The position numbers were made by a program, and so were the translations under genes. Positions 9,006 through 19,832 of a DNA stretch of 64,000 nucleotides are shown here, piece after piece. The stretch is from a virus: positions 16,784 to 80,783 of the IMG/VR virus record IMGVR_UViG_3300033142_000925; one strand, 5' to 3'. How positions within the stretch are numbered: position 1 is the first letter of the stretch; every line of letters begins with the position of its first letter. Below the pieces are notes generated by a model. The model searched no databases. It saw nothing but the letters and a program-made list of their open reading frames with translations, and was not told the DNA's origin.

Positions 9006-9069
9006 AGACCGCCACCATCAGCAGAATTATTACCAGCGCTGCTATCGCCTTCCACATCCACGGTTTCAT
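8638..9069 (-). CDS. Rz/i-spanin-like protein
   Basis: N-terminal TM anchor then coiled coil; GGAGG RBS; follows holin-like gene. Confidence 0.6.
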   Translation of the reverse strand: MKPWMWKAIAALVIILLMVAVYDSIAVRLRPDPDLTAANELADSLRAERDSYKRGLEDANVRVSDLETTVADTKRDNQELRADLDRSLGISGDLAAENRRLEQSISEGLSETSKLGISHTELGGTIDRLGDIFDRYTGGTEGE

Positions 9070-9400
9070 TCTTACCTCCTGTTACTGTTCGTGCTTGCAT
9101 ACCTGCCCCGATATTCTTCGAGGTTTCCCGGAGTCCATACCGGGCTGCGATTGCTATGAGAACTCCCGACAACGATGCGAGGACCGTGCCGAACTTCATG
9201 TTATCAATGAGTTGTGAGTAGAACATCACCGGCACTTCCATGAACCTGCCTTCCTCGTCAGTCATGGCCGCAAGTTCCTTCATATCGCCCATGGCTTGGA
9301 CTGTTAAAAAGCTCATCAATACCAGTACACCAATACAGATCAACGTGAATGTCAGTGCGATCCTGAACAACCGCCCTCCTGACTGTTTGAATAATGCCAT
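9002..9400 (-). CDS. Holin-like membrane protein
   Basis: Two hydrophobic helices; between tail fibres and spanin-like pair. Confidence 0.5.
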   Translation of the reverse strand: MALFKQSGGRLFRIALTFTLICIGVLVLMSFLTVQAMGDMKELAAMTDEEGRFMEVPVMFYSQLIDNMKFGTVLASLSGVLIAIAARYGLRETSKNIGAGMQARTVTGGKNETVDVEGDSSAGNNSADGGGL

Positions 9401-9414
9401 CTTATCCCCCTACT

Positions 9415-11997
9415 TTACCATCTTGATTTGTCTAATATCAACATTGTGGTTGTTGACAAAGCCAACCCTACCGGCTCATTCACAATACTCTCAAGAGTGT
9501 AATCCTCAAATGCTTTGAACTGAGAATACCAACCCTCCTCTACATTATATCCATAAACAGTTCCAGAGACTAAACTCGACAACCCGGTCAAAATACCTCC
9601 GGGTACAACTACTTCACAAGTTGCCCCGTCCGCCGCTGCTGTTTGGGCAAAACCAACACATCGTTTAATACCCTCACCAACAACACGAATCAACGAAAGA
9701 AATGAAGGATCAGCATCGTTATCTATAGCAAGTACCTGTCTATCCGAATAAGCTATTTCTCCGGCAGTACCCATGGGAAAAGGTGTTCCAAAAGTGACAA
9801 CGTAAGTACTTGTATCATATTCTATAAGCATCCCCTCAGTACTCGAACAGATCAGATACTTTGATTTAGTCAGCCTATGAAGCCTGCTTGCTTGACTGAA
9901 CGCTGACGGAGTATATATTGTACCCCCAGAAAGGGTCCCTCCTGATTCAGTTACAGTAACAAGCCTGAACCCAGCCGCACCAGTATCTCGCATAACCAAT
10001 AAAACATGCGTATCATCGATCATGGATGTGCCTGTGATCCATAACGCAGGAGACGCCCACGCCGCCGCATCTATCGTTGCGATAGAACCCAAAGAAGGAT
10101 TGACACCTGACGTATCTATTACAACCCCACGAATACCTGTTCCTGACTTGAACCAGAAACCATACGCCTTATCTTCAGAAACTATACAGTGTATTGGATA
10201 TCCCATAGATGAATCCCCAACCGTATCAGGAGTGTTTTTTGTGATAGTCATATCACTGATATCATAATGATTGGCCTTAAATGTTGCACCACTGACCCAA
10301 GTAACTAACACCTTATCCGCAGATAACAACGATGCTTTATTAAATGCTCCACCACTGGCTTCTTCAGTAACTGGTGTTCCTTCTGTAAGAGAATCAGTAC
10401 CATTTCTCTTAACAACTTTCCCTATGATTGTACCTGCACCTACAGTAGAAAGGTATGCCCGTTCATCGTCTAAAGCTACAATACCTGTACGATTTCCAGC
10501 AATGTCTCCGGTATTATACATAGGCCAGATACCAACTTCACCTTTAGCATCTAAATCAAGGATACCTACAAATTGGATTCCAGTTCCAATAGCAGTAAAC
10601 CAGATCGTATTGTTCGTTCCTTGAAAGAAGAAAGGGGTTGTAAACGTATCTGTACCACTATAGATATCCTGTGACAGTCTACGTCTTGTTATTTTTGTGA
10701 ACTCATCCATAGTACTACCGTCCCATGTTTTCACAGTACCATTGATAAGTCTCTCTATCATATCTCCAATTTCGACACTTTCACCGGCAGCTACTTCATA
10801 TTCGCCAACAGGTGCAAGTATTGAAAACCCCAGATGATATTCTTCAATAGCCCCGGCCTGAATCCCTGTACCATCCTCCACATCATCCAACCGCGTCCGT
10901 ATATCCCACCCCACTGGCAGAGTGTTATCAATACCGAAATCCGACCACTGTTCCAAAGTTTCCCATGTGAAAATGGGATCGTCCCCAAAGAAGATCCCCA
11001 AATCAGAGGCCCCTTCCACTATCTCCACTTCGGCAATCTTTATCCAGCCTGCGGTACGTGCCGGAGGTGCTGAGTATGCGCCTGCTTGAGTATCACTCAC
11101 AAGGGATGTCAAACCTGTTGCTGTCCCTCCAAACGACAAGATACCGGTCTTTGCAGCAAAGAAGGTGATCGTATCTGTACTTCTGGAAGTTGTAAACGGT
11201 TTATCAAAAGCGAACCCTGTAAAGGCAGCGTCTACCGCCGTTGCTATCACCGTACCTGAATCCAAACTGGTAACAGCAATCTCAGCATACAGGAGATTAT
11301 CACTCTCCACCAAGTCGAGAACACTCTGAGGAACCGGATTGCTACCATCGGTATTGAACCAGAGAAGAACCGATTGTCTGAATATGGTCCCTGCTGCATT
11401 CCGGGACATAATAAACAGCATGTACCTACCGTCATACATATTCGACGCCCCGGTCTCTGCCGGGAACTGAAGGTCTGATTCCTGTGTGAGTATCGCCGCC
11501 CCTTTCTTTATTGTGAACTCGAAGCCATATTCCAGCCCGGTATTCACAACCGCAGTACTGACCAGCCCTGTTACAGGGTCCTTAAAGTTTCTGGACAACG
11601 CGTTGTACCCTGCTTCTGTCGGTCTGATCTCAAGTGAATCCCTACGATCTCCGGTCTGCGCAGTCGCATCATCAAACGCTATAAGCGTGTCTACCGGTAC
11701 CGGAACTATAAATGGAGATTTAGCTTCCGATACAAATCCAAATGTGCCGTTCACCATATACGGACCTTGGTAATCTATGACAACCCCCGTCTTCAGACTC
11801 GCGGTAAAATCGGTTGTGTGAACAAGCTGTAATCCACGAAATACTTCAGCGTGGGTCTCCTGATCCGAGAGTGATGCAAGAAGATCAATCAAGTTCTGAT
11901 ACTGCTGCGTCCCTACCCGATTGATATCAGCATCTCTGAATATTTCGTTAGGGAACCATTGCTGGGTCTTAACCCCTCGTCCATCTCCGTATTTCAT
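9415..11997 (-). CDS. Tail fibre / receptor-binding protein 2
   Basis: N-terminal ~200 aa paralogous to 12021-16214; beta-rich; downstream of baseplate. Confidence 0.75.
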   Translation of the reverse strand: MKYGDGRGVKTQQWFPNEIFRDADINRVGTQQYQNLIDLLASLSDQETHAEVFRGLQLVHTTDFTASLKTGVVIDYQGPYMVNGTFGFVSEAKSPFIVPVPVDTLIAFDDATAQTGDRRDSLEIRPTEAGYNALSRNFKDPVTGLVSTAVVNTGLEYGFEFTIKKGAAILTQESDLQFPAETGASNMYDGRYMLFIMSRNAAGTIFRQSVLLWFNTDGSNPVPQSVLDLVESDNLLYAEIAVTSLDSGTVIATAVDAAFTGFAFDKPFTTSRSTDTITFFAAKTGILSFGGTATGLTSLVSDTQAGAYSAPPARTAGWIKIAEVEIVEGASDLGIFFGDDPIFTWETLEQWSDFGIDNTLPVGWDIRTRLDDVEDGTGIQAGAIEEYHLGFSILAPVGEYEVAAGESVEIGDMIERLINGTVKTWDGSTMDEFTKITRRRLSQDIYSGTDTFTTPFFFQGTNNTIWFTAIGTGIQFVGILDLDAKGEVGIWPMYNTGDIAGNRTGIVALDDERAYLSTVGAGTIIGKVVKRNGTDSLTEGTPVTEEASGGAFNKASLLSADKVLVTWVSGATFKANHYDISDMTITKNTPDTVGDSSMGYPIHCIVSEDKAYGFWFKSGTGIRGVVIDTSGVNPSLGSIATIDAAAWASPALWITGTSMIDDTHVLLVMRDTGAAGFRLVTVTESGGTLSGGTIYTPSAFSQASRLHRLTKSKYLICSSTEGMLIEYDTSTYVVTFGTPFPMGTAGEIAYSDRQVLAIDNDADPSFLSLIRVVGEGIKRCVGFAQTAAADGATCEVVVPGGILTGLSSLVSGTVYGYNVEEGWYSQFKAFEDYTLESIVNEPVGLALSTTTMLILDKSRW

Positions 11998-12020
11998 CTA
12001 TCTCTCCTCAATACCTATAA

Positions 12021-15000
12021 CTATTTCACAACTAAAGCTGTAGTTGTTACTGCTTTCCCTACAGCTATACCCTTAAAGCTTTCAACTAAAGAAGCATCTG
12101 TAAAATCAGCTCTATACTCGTGCCCTATATTCAAACCAACCAATCCTTCAAGGATACCACCATGAACCACATCAACTGTATCCCCAGATCCGGCAGTCTC
12201 TTTAGCAAGACCTAAATATTTTGGTACTTCAAAAGTGCGGTAATGTACATCTGCTGATCCATCATTATATCTGTAGAAACCCAAACATATACCGGGAGCA
12301 ACCATAGCAAACTTTCCTTCTCCGACTATGGATGCTGCAAGTGCGCTTACGTCTATTTCATCAGTTAAAAATACAACTCCTGATGGGCTAATTTTAGCTA
12401 ACATAGCTCTCATCTGTAATACTGAACCAGACGATGATGTTTTACTTTGATATGTAAATACTACATATCCACCGCCCAGTACTATAAGTGACGCATCTGT
12501 TGAAGATGTACTGTAATAAATCCCAGAAAATGAAACATCACTGAATAGTACTTGTAATGTTTTAGGACTTGCAGTAGTTCCATCTAAAGCTTCATGTTTT
12601 AAAAGTGCAATTCGACATTGATAATCTTCTCTTGCAAATATAACTAAATACCCATCTCCCATATGTCGTAGTCTGACCTCATTAACTCCTGTCCAACCCG
12701 GTAGCACAAGAGTGTTTCGTGTCCATGGAGTAAACGAAGTCCCTGTAAAATAAACCATACCATAACCAACGGTTGAAGCAGTAGTATACGCAAAGGCAAA
12801 CCATTTATCATTTATTTCAATACAATCAATCTTTGTTGCTGTACCAGTAATAAGCGTTTGTTTTGAAGCTATTATAGATATAGATGAACCATTAAAATTA
12901 AACCCGACACATTTTACATCCGAATCAGTACCATCTTTGTAAACAACAACAAAATCATCATTTGTCATATTACAAACAGCGATACTATTTGTTCCATTTA
13001 CTTCAAAATTAAGTAGCGCACCTTCAATTGTTATAGTGCCGCCACCTGAATTATATTTGACAACAATAACTTCACCATCATTCGATCCACCTGTATCATT
13101 ATATGCAATTACAACATACTCATTACCTAAATAACAGGTATTATGATAATAAGCTGATTCTGTTTGTAATATTGTCTCAGAAGTTTTCCATACTATATCA
13201 CCATCAACCAGTTCTCCTACTCTGGCATAAAAATCAGTAACCCCTATATTACACCATGAAACCATAAAAAAGTTGGTTTCCATTGGTGTTACTACAAATT
13301 GCACCAGAGTCCCCGTATCATAGAGTTGTTCGGCTATCAGCATGTTTAGTTTACACTTTTTATATTCATCATTCTTTTCAAAATAACCTATGGGATCTCC
13401 TTTTGTTACAGCTTCACTAATTGTAACAGGGACAGACATTATTGACGGATCAAACCCTAAATGCCTTTCTAAAATAGCCTTATCCTGAATCCCCTGACCT
13501 GTTCGCATATCATCAGTGGCCTTTTGAATCGCCAAACTTATTGGAGTACCTGAAGCAATCGCTCTTGGAATAAACGCATCAGGTAAGGCTTCAAAAATCT
13601 TACTCTGCTTATTGAAATATATATCAGCTTCAAGATTAGTCGTAATGCTTTCGGTCAATAAACCACTATAAATATCAAAGAAGTTTAAGTCACCATTCAT
13701 ACCCAAATAATAAGGTAAATGGTATGCGTAGAAATCAAGATCCCCAGCAATAAAACGATTATTACCGTAAGCCACATACATATCATCGGCTCCGATAACC
13801 CCAGCATCGAACCAATCAATTCCATTGTAAGAATAAGAAACATGGAAAGCATCATCACCCGCCATGAACACACCATTTCCAAACGCAATTGATCTAACGG
13901 CTCCGGGTATTACAATTCCCCGAGATGTCCATGTTCCGGTTGGGTCTGTTGCTGTATATATTTCACCAGTAGACAGTCCAGCTACATAGATACCATTTCC
14001 ATAACTTAGGGATATAGCAGCCGCACCAGCAAACTTATCACCTTGATCAGTCCACGCTCCTGTCGGATCAGCAGTAGTATATATATGGCCAGTACTCTCA
14101 CCGACGATGTACAGACTTTCCGCATACAAAGAAGAGCTTCCAGTTAGAACATAACCCGCCCACGTTGCGTTTGCAGTCCAAGTCACCCCGGTCGGTGAGG
14201 TATACATGACATTGGAAGTTCCAGTCATAACAAAGTAACTGGGACTCGCCATTAAAGTATGCCAATAATTATGCACACTTCCTTGGTCAACCCAAGTAAA
14301 CCCGTCAGTAGAAGTAAACGCATTACTATCACCACAAACTACAAGAATTGTTCCATTATAAGCAAAATAACGACCTCGAAGTGTACCTCCTCCCAGAGTA
14401 TGCTCATCAGTCCAATTCACACCATCAATTGAAGCCCATATCGAAGTCGACGTTATCATTACAAAAGCACCCGCACCATATCCCGTTCTTTTTATAGGTG
14501 TTGCAGTTATAATTCCATTAGCAATCCAAGCCTCTGGATCTGAACCACCAAATCGTAGGAGATCCGTGAAATTACTATGCGTATCTGGCGTACCTGACCA
14601 CGCTGTGTCCTCATTAACTGATCCACTTTCTGACGGTATTACAATAAATGTAGAATCGTTTATTCCCCCAGATCCTAAATCTAATGAGGCTATAAACCTC
14701 AATGTCTGATTCAATACCGTGTACGTAGATCCATTATCAAACTGCTGACTGATTAACTCACGTATAGCTGTTCCATCATACCAACTGAGAATAAACTTAT
14801 CGGTTGCAAAATCGTATTTCAATATTAAATGTGTAGATCCCACATCCCAACCAGCAATAAACTGATCTACAATGGTATCATACTGAAATCTGGGATAATA
14901 CTCAGTATCAATAGTAAACTCATCTAAAAAAAGATGATCGGCACTCACCGCTTCCGGTCCGTGTATACCATTCACAAACGGATAATAAGCCCAACCGGGA

Positions 15001-16214
15001 GTGATCTGTATATCCTGCCAGTAAGTGTATACCGCATCTGTTCCAACCCAATTTGCAAAAACATACGCATGAATGGTATTGCCAATATAAGCTCCAATAT
15101 CAACTCTGATCTCTAAATCAAGAGTATCATCATCCAACCATGTATATTTAAACTCAGTTGTAAAATAATCCGTCACCGTATGTGCAACCCAATCAACAAT
15201 AACACCAAACTTATGTGACTGGTCACTATTGAATATCTGCAATTGTGTATTCGGTGAAGTTCCTCTTTTAGCTCTACCTCTTACTGTATAAAACTGAACA
15301 TCTGATACAATATCTTCTGATATTACGCCTCTATATGAAAATCCACTTATCGCTACCTTATTCCAGACCTCACCATTGAGAGTTTCTTGAGTTACAACCA
15401 CACCGTCGGTGACTGCATCCCAGTTAGCAGTGGTCAAGTCTGTAGGATCGGTGACAATATTCGTATATCTACCACCAATAAAATGAGGTATAATCACACT
15501 ACCCAATCCCGGTCGTTTTACGTTATCAACATCCACTCCCAGACTCGGATCAAAAAATACGAGGCTTCCTGAATCCACATCCCACGAATCAGAATCCCGA
15601 ACATCCTTAATATTAGCCTGAGTGATCGCAGTCGCGCTCTGAGCCACATACACTTCAGCTACCTTGATCCATCCAGCCGTCGACGCGGGAGCTACAGGTG
15701 TCGCTGATGGAGTTCCTGCGAGTACTTGAAAATCAAATCCGTACTCCACCTTTGTGTCGGTCGGAGCCGTTGTAACAAGACCCGTTACCGGGTCCTTGTA
15801 CGCTCTGGATAAACTGTCATATTCGGTTCGGTTAGGTCGTACTTCTACAATATCAATACGATCATTGGAGCCATCACCCGTCGTCACTGCGATATTGGTA
15901 TCCACTGGAACATTGACAACAAACACATCGCCCGGAGATCCAACAAAAGCCCATACCCCATCCTGCATATAATACCCAGACACGGACAGGCATATCCCCA
16001 TTCCCAATGACATAGTTAAGAGGGTGCTATGCGTCAGCCGCAAGCCATTCACCGCGATATTGGGCGATGCATCTTTTAGACTCAAAGTGTTCATCAAGGA
16101 CACTATCAGATTCGTATATTCCTTCTCGTTCAGGAAGTTTACATCACCGTCTACTAACTGTTCATTGGGAAACCACTGAGGTGCCCTGATTCCTTTACCT
16201 TCTGGAAATTGCAT
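12021..16214 (-). CDS. Tail fibre / receptor-binding protein 1
   Basis: Follows baseplate genes; SxDGxxW / DPTGxWT propeller-type repeats; AT-rich distal part. Confidence 0.78.
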   Translation of the reverse strand: MQFPEGKGIRAPQWFPNEQLVDGDVNFLNEKEYTNLIVSLMNTLSLKDASPNIAVNGLRLTHSTLLTMSLGMGICLSVSGYYMQDGVWAFVGSPGDVFVVNVPVDTNIAVTTGDGSNDRIDIVEVRPNRTEYDSLSRAYKDPVTGLVTTAPTDTKVEYGFDFQVLAGTPSATPVAPASTAGWIKVAEVYVAQSATAITQANIKDVRDSDSWDVDSGSLVFFDPSLGVDVDNVKRPGLGSVIIPHFIGGRYTNIVTDPTDLTTANWDAVTDGVVVTQETLNGEVWNKVAISGFSYRGVISEDIVSDVQFYTVRGRAKRGTSPNTQLQIFNSDQSHKFGVIVDWVAHTVTDYFTTEFKYTWLDDDTLDLEIRVDIGAYIGNTIHAYVFANWVGTDAVYTYWQDIQITPGWAYYPFVNGIHGPEAVSADHLFLDEFTIDTEYYPRFQYDTIVDQFIAGWDVGSTHLILKYDFATDKFILSWYDGTAIRELISQQFDNGSTYTVLNQTLRFIASLDLGSGGINDSTFIVIPSESGSVNEDTAWSGTPDTHSNFTDLLRFGGSDPEAWIANGIITATPIKRTGYGAGAFVMITSTSIWASIDGVNWTDEHTLGGGTLRGRYFAYNGTILVVCGDSNAFTSTDGFTWVDQGSVHNYWHTLMASPSYFVMTGTSNVMYTSPTGVTWTANATWAGYVLTGSSSLYAESLYIVGESTGHIYTTADPTGAWTDQGDKFAGAAAISLSYGNGIYVAGLSTGEIYTATDPTGTWTSRGIVIPGAVRSIAFGNGVFMAGDDAFHVSYSYNGIDWFDAGVIGADDMYVAYGNNRFIAGDLDFYAYHLPYYLGMNGDLNFFDIYSGLLTESITTNLEADIYFNKQSKIFEALPDAFIPRAIASGTPISLAIQKATDDMRTGQGIQDKAILERHLGFDPSIMSVPVTISEAVTKGDPIGYFEKNDEYKKCKLNMLIAEQLYDTGTLVQFVVTPMETNFFMVSWCNIGVTDFYARVGELVDGDIVWKTSETILQTESAYYHNTCYLGNEYVVIAYNDTGGSNDGEVIVVKYNSGGGTITIEGALLNFEVNGTNSIAVCNMTNDDFVVVYKDGTDSDVKCVGFNFNGSSISIIASKQTLITGTATKIDCIEINDKWFAFAYTTASTVGYGMVYFTGTSFTPWTRNTLVLPGWTGVNEVRLRHMGDGYLVIFAREDYQCRIALLKHEALDGTTASPKTLQVLFSDVSFSGIYYSTSSTDASLIVLGGGYVVFTYQSKTSSSGSVLQMRAMLAKISPSGVVFLTDEIDVSALAASIVGEGKFAMVAPGICLGFYRYNDGSADVHYRTFEVPKYLGLAKETAGSGDTVDVVHGGILEGLVGLNIGHEYRADFTDASLVESFKGIAVGKAVTTTALVVK

Positions 16215-16225
16215 ATTATCCTCTC

Positions 16226-16972
16226 CTATACCACAGTCGCGTCTGAAGTCTTCGTCATCTGTACTGTCCCCCGAACGACTGCATCAATGGTTTTATAGAA
16301 CTGAACGGTCCCGATAAACGCATCAATAGTCTTTGTAAACCTAAACTGTTTGATAAATACAAGGTCGAAATCAACTCCCGCTGCTCGTATTCTATCTATA
16401 AGTTCACCGACATAAGAAATAACAGCACCAACACCGTCACCCCCCACAAAGTTCTGATTAACGTATGCTTGATTTGTATTGTTCAGAAATATCGATTCGG
16501 TGAAATCCTGCGCACCCTCGATCCTAACCTGAAAATACAGATTCTTAGAGTCAAACTGCTCAACAACCTGAATGGTAGTCGTATCCACAATGAAGTACGT
16601 AAGCGCATCGATAATCGCCCACCGAGTAGTCCTGCGTGGGTTACTCTGCTGGATCGCAATCGCACGGTACCTCTTCCTGAACGTTTCATCCGGCTCCGCT
16701 CTGTTACGTCGAGGGAGATTCAAAAAAGCGCTCACAAGGATATCCAGATTCTCATCTTCAGCTATATCTAAATCAAACGACTGAACAAAATAATTTGATA
16801 CCGTCCGCAAGTACTCCAACTCGTTACATAATGCCCCACAATTGAAGTCTGAAGACTCCTCAATGACCGGTTCCGGTGTGAAATCTTCAGATCCTATGAT
16901 GGCAACATACGTTTCCCCGGTCTTATTCACCGCGTCGGATACTGCTTTGTTGAAAGTACTTATAATTCCCAT
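16226..16972 (-). CDS. Baseplate wedge protein
   Basis: ENLD.L...L.LPR...EPDETFRKR motif typical of wedge proteins after baseplate J. Confidence 0.7.
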   Translation of the reverse strand: MGIISTFNKAVSDAVNKTGETYVAIIGSEDFTPEPVIEESSDFNCGALCNELEYLRTVSNYFVQSFDLDIAEDENLDILVSAFLNLPRRNRAEPDETFRKRYRAIAIQQSNPRRTTRWAIIDALTYFIVDTTTIQVVEQFDSKNLYFQVRIEGAQDFTESIFLNNTNQAYVNQNFVGGDGVGAVISYVGELIDRIRAAGVDFDLVFIKQFRFTKTIDAFIGTVQFYKTIDAVVRGTVQMTKTSDATVV

Positions 16973-16974
16973 AA

Positions 16975-18054
16975 TTACACCAATGATACGGAGATCGTAC
17001 CGGCACGCCCTACCTGAGTGGCCGCAATAGTCACATTGGCCGCAGGCACCGTAAGGTCCACATCCACAACACCGTACACACCCATGATCGCACCTACGAT
17101 CTCGTTATAAATGATATCAACACCTACTCCCAGCGTATTCACGTATCCGCTCACAGCGTCAACGATATCGTTCTCAAGCTGGTCAGTATCGACCCCTGAT
17201 AATACTTCGACACTCATAGTAATATCCTGAGTTACAATGCTCGGAGCCTGTACTACCACATTCACACCGGCTGACCTGTATCCGGGATTATCCTCAGTGC
17301 CATCCCCGTCAATGACTCCCTGAACTTCCAGCACCTTAGCCGCTGAAACTTCCACCGCCGACCCATCATCCACATATAGATCCACATTGACATTTCCTAC
17401 AGGGGGAAACAACTCAACAACAGATACACTGGTTATTCCCTCAACACTCAGAGCGCCCGCTGTCAATCCAGCAATATTGGACCGTCCGAGTCCTTCAATA
17501 TAAGCTTGAAACCGGGTTTTATAGGCAATATCAGATTCCTGATCCACACCACCAGTCGCGGCCAGTGAGTTAGTCACCGTATCGACGCCTGCAATACTGT
17601 CTTCAAGAACCGTAAGAGTTCCACTACCGATATTATATGAACTACCCGCACTCTCGGCTTCACAGGATACAGCGTTCGAATTGACCTGTCCCGCAGCAAT
17701 CGTGCCTATTTCAGTCGTCAGGAAGCGCAGCCCGGAAGCCGTCTTAACCCGCGTCCCTATTGGAATTGTAATCTCCCCGTTTGCTATTGCTCGGGAGAAC
17801 ACCACATCAACCGCCGCTTTCGTACCGTTCTTCCTCTCGAAGTCAAAAGCGGTCTCCTGTACGTTGTCAAGATATCGCCGGAATCCAAGATAGATTCCTA
17901 CATATATCTCCTCCATACTGAGTGCGGACCCTTCAACAAATGACCTGATCACCGATCCCGGCGACAGGTCAGTGATTGAGCTTGAGTTCGCAATGATATA
18001 CGCAACCATATCAGAAACAATATCATCAAACTGTTTTGTCGTAAATCCTGCCAT
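16975..18054 (-). CDS. Baseplate J-like protein
   Basis: TDLSPGSVIRS, IPIGTRV, GGVDQESD, YRSAGV. Confidence 0.92.
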   Translation of the reverse strand: MAGFTTKQFDDIVSDMVAYIIANSSSITDLSPGSVIRSFVEGSALSMEEIYVGIYLGFRRYLDNVQETAFDFERKNGTKAAVDVVFSRAIANGEITIPIGTRVKTASGLRFLTTEIGTIAAGQVNSNAVSCEAESAGSSYNIGSGTLTVLEDSIAGVDTVTNSLAATGGVDQESDIAYKTRFQAYIEGLGRSNIAGLTAGALSVEGITSVSVVELFPPVGNVNVDLYVDDGSAVEVSAAKVLEVQGVIDGDGTEDNPGYRSAGVNVVVQAPSIVTQDITMSVEVLSGVDTDQLENDIVDAVSGYVNTLGVGVDIIYNEIVGAIMGVYGVVDVDLTVPAANVTIAATQVGRAGTISVSLV

Positions 18055-18095
18055 TCTCCTCTCCCTTCAAATGGTGCACGCGTGCACCATTTGGA

Positions 18096-19832
18096 TTATG
18101 TAACCACCGTCACGGGGAGGCTTTCTTCAGCCCCTATAACGTTGATATTCATACTGATATTCAATACATCCGAATCAAGGCTTACTATCATATTCTCCAC
18201 AGACTCGATTCTCGGGTCCTGTGTGAGTGAGTTCCTGATTGCCGTTTTCAGATACTTGATTGCGAGTTCCGTGCCCGCTATTCCCGCCTGCGCAGTGATA
18301 CCGAAAGCACTCTGCTTGATCATACTTCCAGCCATGGTATTGAGTCGGAGGTCTATCGCCTGTTGAATATTCTCAATTCCGCTGATCAAGGCTACATCAC
18401 TATTTTCTTGAATCACAATATCCCCATTAGCATCAATCCTGATATCGGTACCATACGGATCTCGTGTGAAATCCTCAGTAAGAATAAATTGTTCCTTGTT
18501 GACACCATCCCCCGGATCAACCTGTACGGGTAAGAAAATCTCTTCGCCCGGAGTAAGGTCTTCATTGGAAGTGATCCCAGCATTGACTGAGGCGATATAC
18601 GGCCACAGATTCTCATCACCCAGTTCATTCAATGCGATCCGTTGAAGAGTGTCATCTCCCTTCACCGTATATACTTTCAATCCTGAATATTCATACGATG
18701 CCAGTGAGACCGATCTTTCAACAGTATCTCCTGATACGTCCACGCCTGCATCTTCTTCAATTTCCACGGTGTTGGACTGCTGCCAGCCTACACTGATTTG
18801 AAATCCGTAAGTCTTCAGAGCTTGAATGATGGTCTCCCGAAATAACTCCTGAGCGTTCGCATACCGTTCGAATGTGATCTTCCCAGCCCGGTACGTATCA
18901 AACAACGTACCCGTAGCTATCATCCCGATATCGATCATATTCTTAGAAATGTCCAGCGGAGCGGTCAACACACGAGTGGTCTGATTCAGAAACCGGTTGT
19001 ACCTCGTTCGGAGTTCCAAAGATTTGGCTTTCAAGAGAGCAACTGAATTGAGAATACCCTGAACATCTTGATACACGTTCAACAGCGTGTCCAGAAAACC
19101 GTCAGCGTCATCGAGGGCGCTGATCGGGTCCTTGGAGATATTAACCACGCGACCTTTCTTCACTCTCAGCTTGTCAAGTTTTTCATATACAAACAGACTG
19201 ATCGTGAAAGGATACCTGAGTGGATTGTCCGCATTCCGGTCCAGTGTGAAATCGAGAAGCACACATTTGTAAGCTTGCTCATCCGCCAGATCGTAAACCC
19301 GAAGCTCTTTCTTATCCCAATCCTTTTTGTCTTTGTAGCGCATGATCTTATCACGGAACTCATAAAAAGCATTCCTGCCTGTGAACCCTACCCGATTACT
19401 CGAAGCCTTATCCGCACCTGATACCGCAGCCGCCACATCGGTGAATGCGCTCACTACAGCATTGGAATAAGTTGGGAATACGTGCGTGGTCCCGGATATT
19501 GCTTTGAGGGTTATCTGAATATTGTCTGCCCCGTATTCATCCACAAAGGCATTCCCAAAGGTCTTCGTGATCGCGGTCCGCTGAGGTTCCTTAATGGTCA
19601 GACTGTTCGGAGGCATAAGAAGAGTAAACGACTCAACAACATTCCCACTATTTTTATCTACTATTTCAAACAACCAACTCTTGCTCAAAACAGAATCTAA
19701 ACTACCTCGCGCAGCATGGGTACCATATTTTGAGGTGTTGCCCAACCAAGACTGTCCAATCTTGAAGTTAGCTGCACCGGCTCCCGGCTGAGGTCCTGCA
19801 TTTCCAAAAAGATTCGCTATTATATCACTCAT
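18096..19832 (-). CDS. Fused tube-initiator / LysM / gp25-like baseplate protein
   Basis: N-terminal tube-like fold (PNSL..KEPQR..ITKT), LysM YTVKGDDTLQRIA, C-terminal gp25-like QDPRIESV. Confidence 0.75.
   Translation of the reverse strand: MSDIIANLFGNAGPQPGAGAANFKIGQSWLGNTSKYGTHAARGSLDSVLSKSWLFEIVDKNSGNVVESFTLLMPPNSLTIKEPQRTAITKTFGNAFVDEYGADNIQITLKAISGTTHVFPTYSNAVVSAFTDVAAAVSGADKASSNRVGFTGRNAFYEFRDKIMRYKDKKDWDKKELRVYDLADEQAYKCVLLDFTLDRNADNPLRYPFTISLFVYEKLDKLRVKKGRVVNISKDPISALDDADGFLDTLLNVYQDVQGILNSVALLKAKSLELRTRYNRFLNQTTRVLTAPLDISKNMIDIGMIATGTLFDTYRAGKITFERYANAQELFRETIIQALKTYGFQISVGWQQSNTVEIEEDAGVDVSGDTVERSVSLASYEYSGLKVYTVKGDDTLQRIALNELGDENLWPYIASVNAGITSNEDLTPGEEIFLPVQVDPGDGVNKEQFILTEDFTRDPYGTDIRIDANGDIVIQENSDVALISGIENIQQAIDLRLNTMAGSMIKQSAFGITAQAGIAGTELAIKYLKTAIRNSLTQDPRIESVENMIVSLDSDVLNISMNINVIGAEESLPVTVVT

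Noticed and set aside
9415-16214. DGR or invertase-driven fibre variation
   Set aside because: No reverse transcriptase, recombinase, near-identical TR/VR pair or inverted cassettes seen
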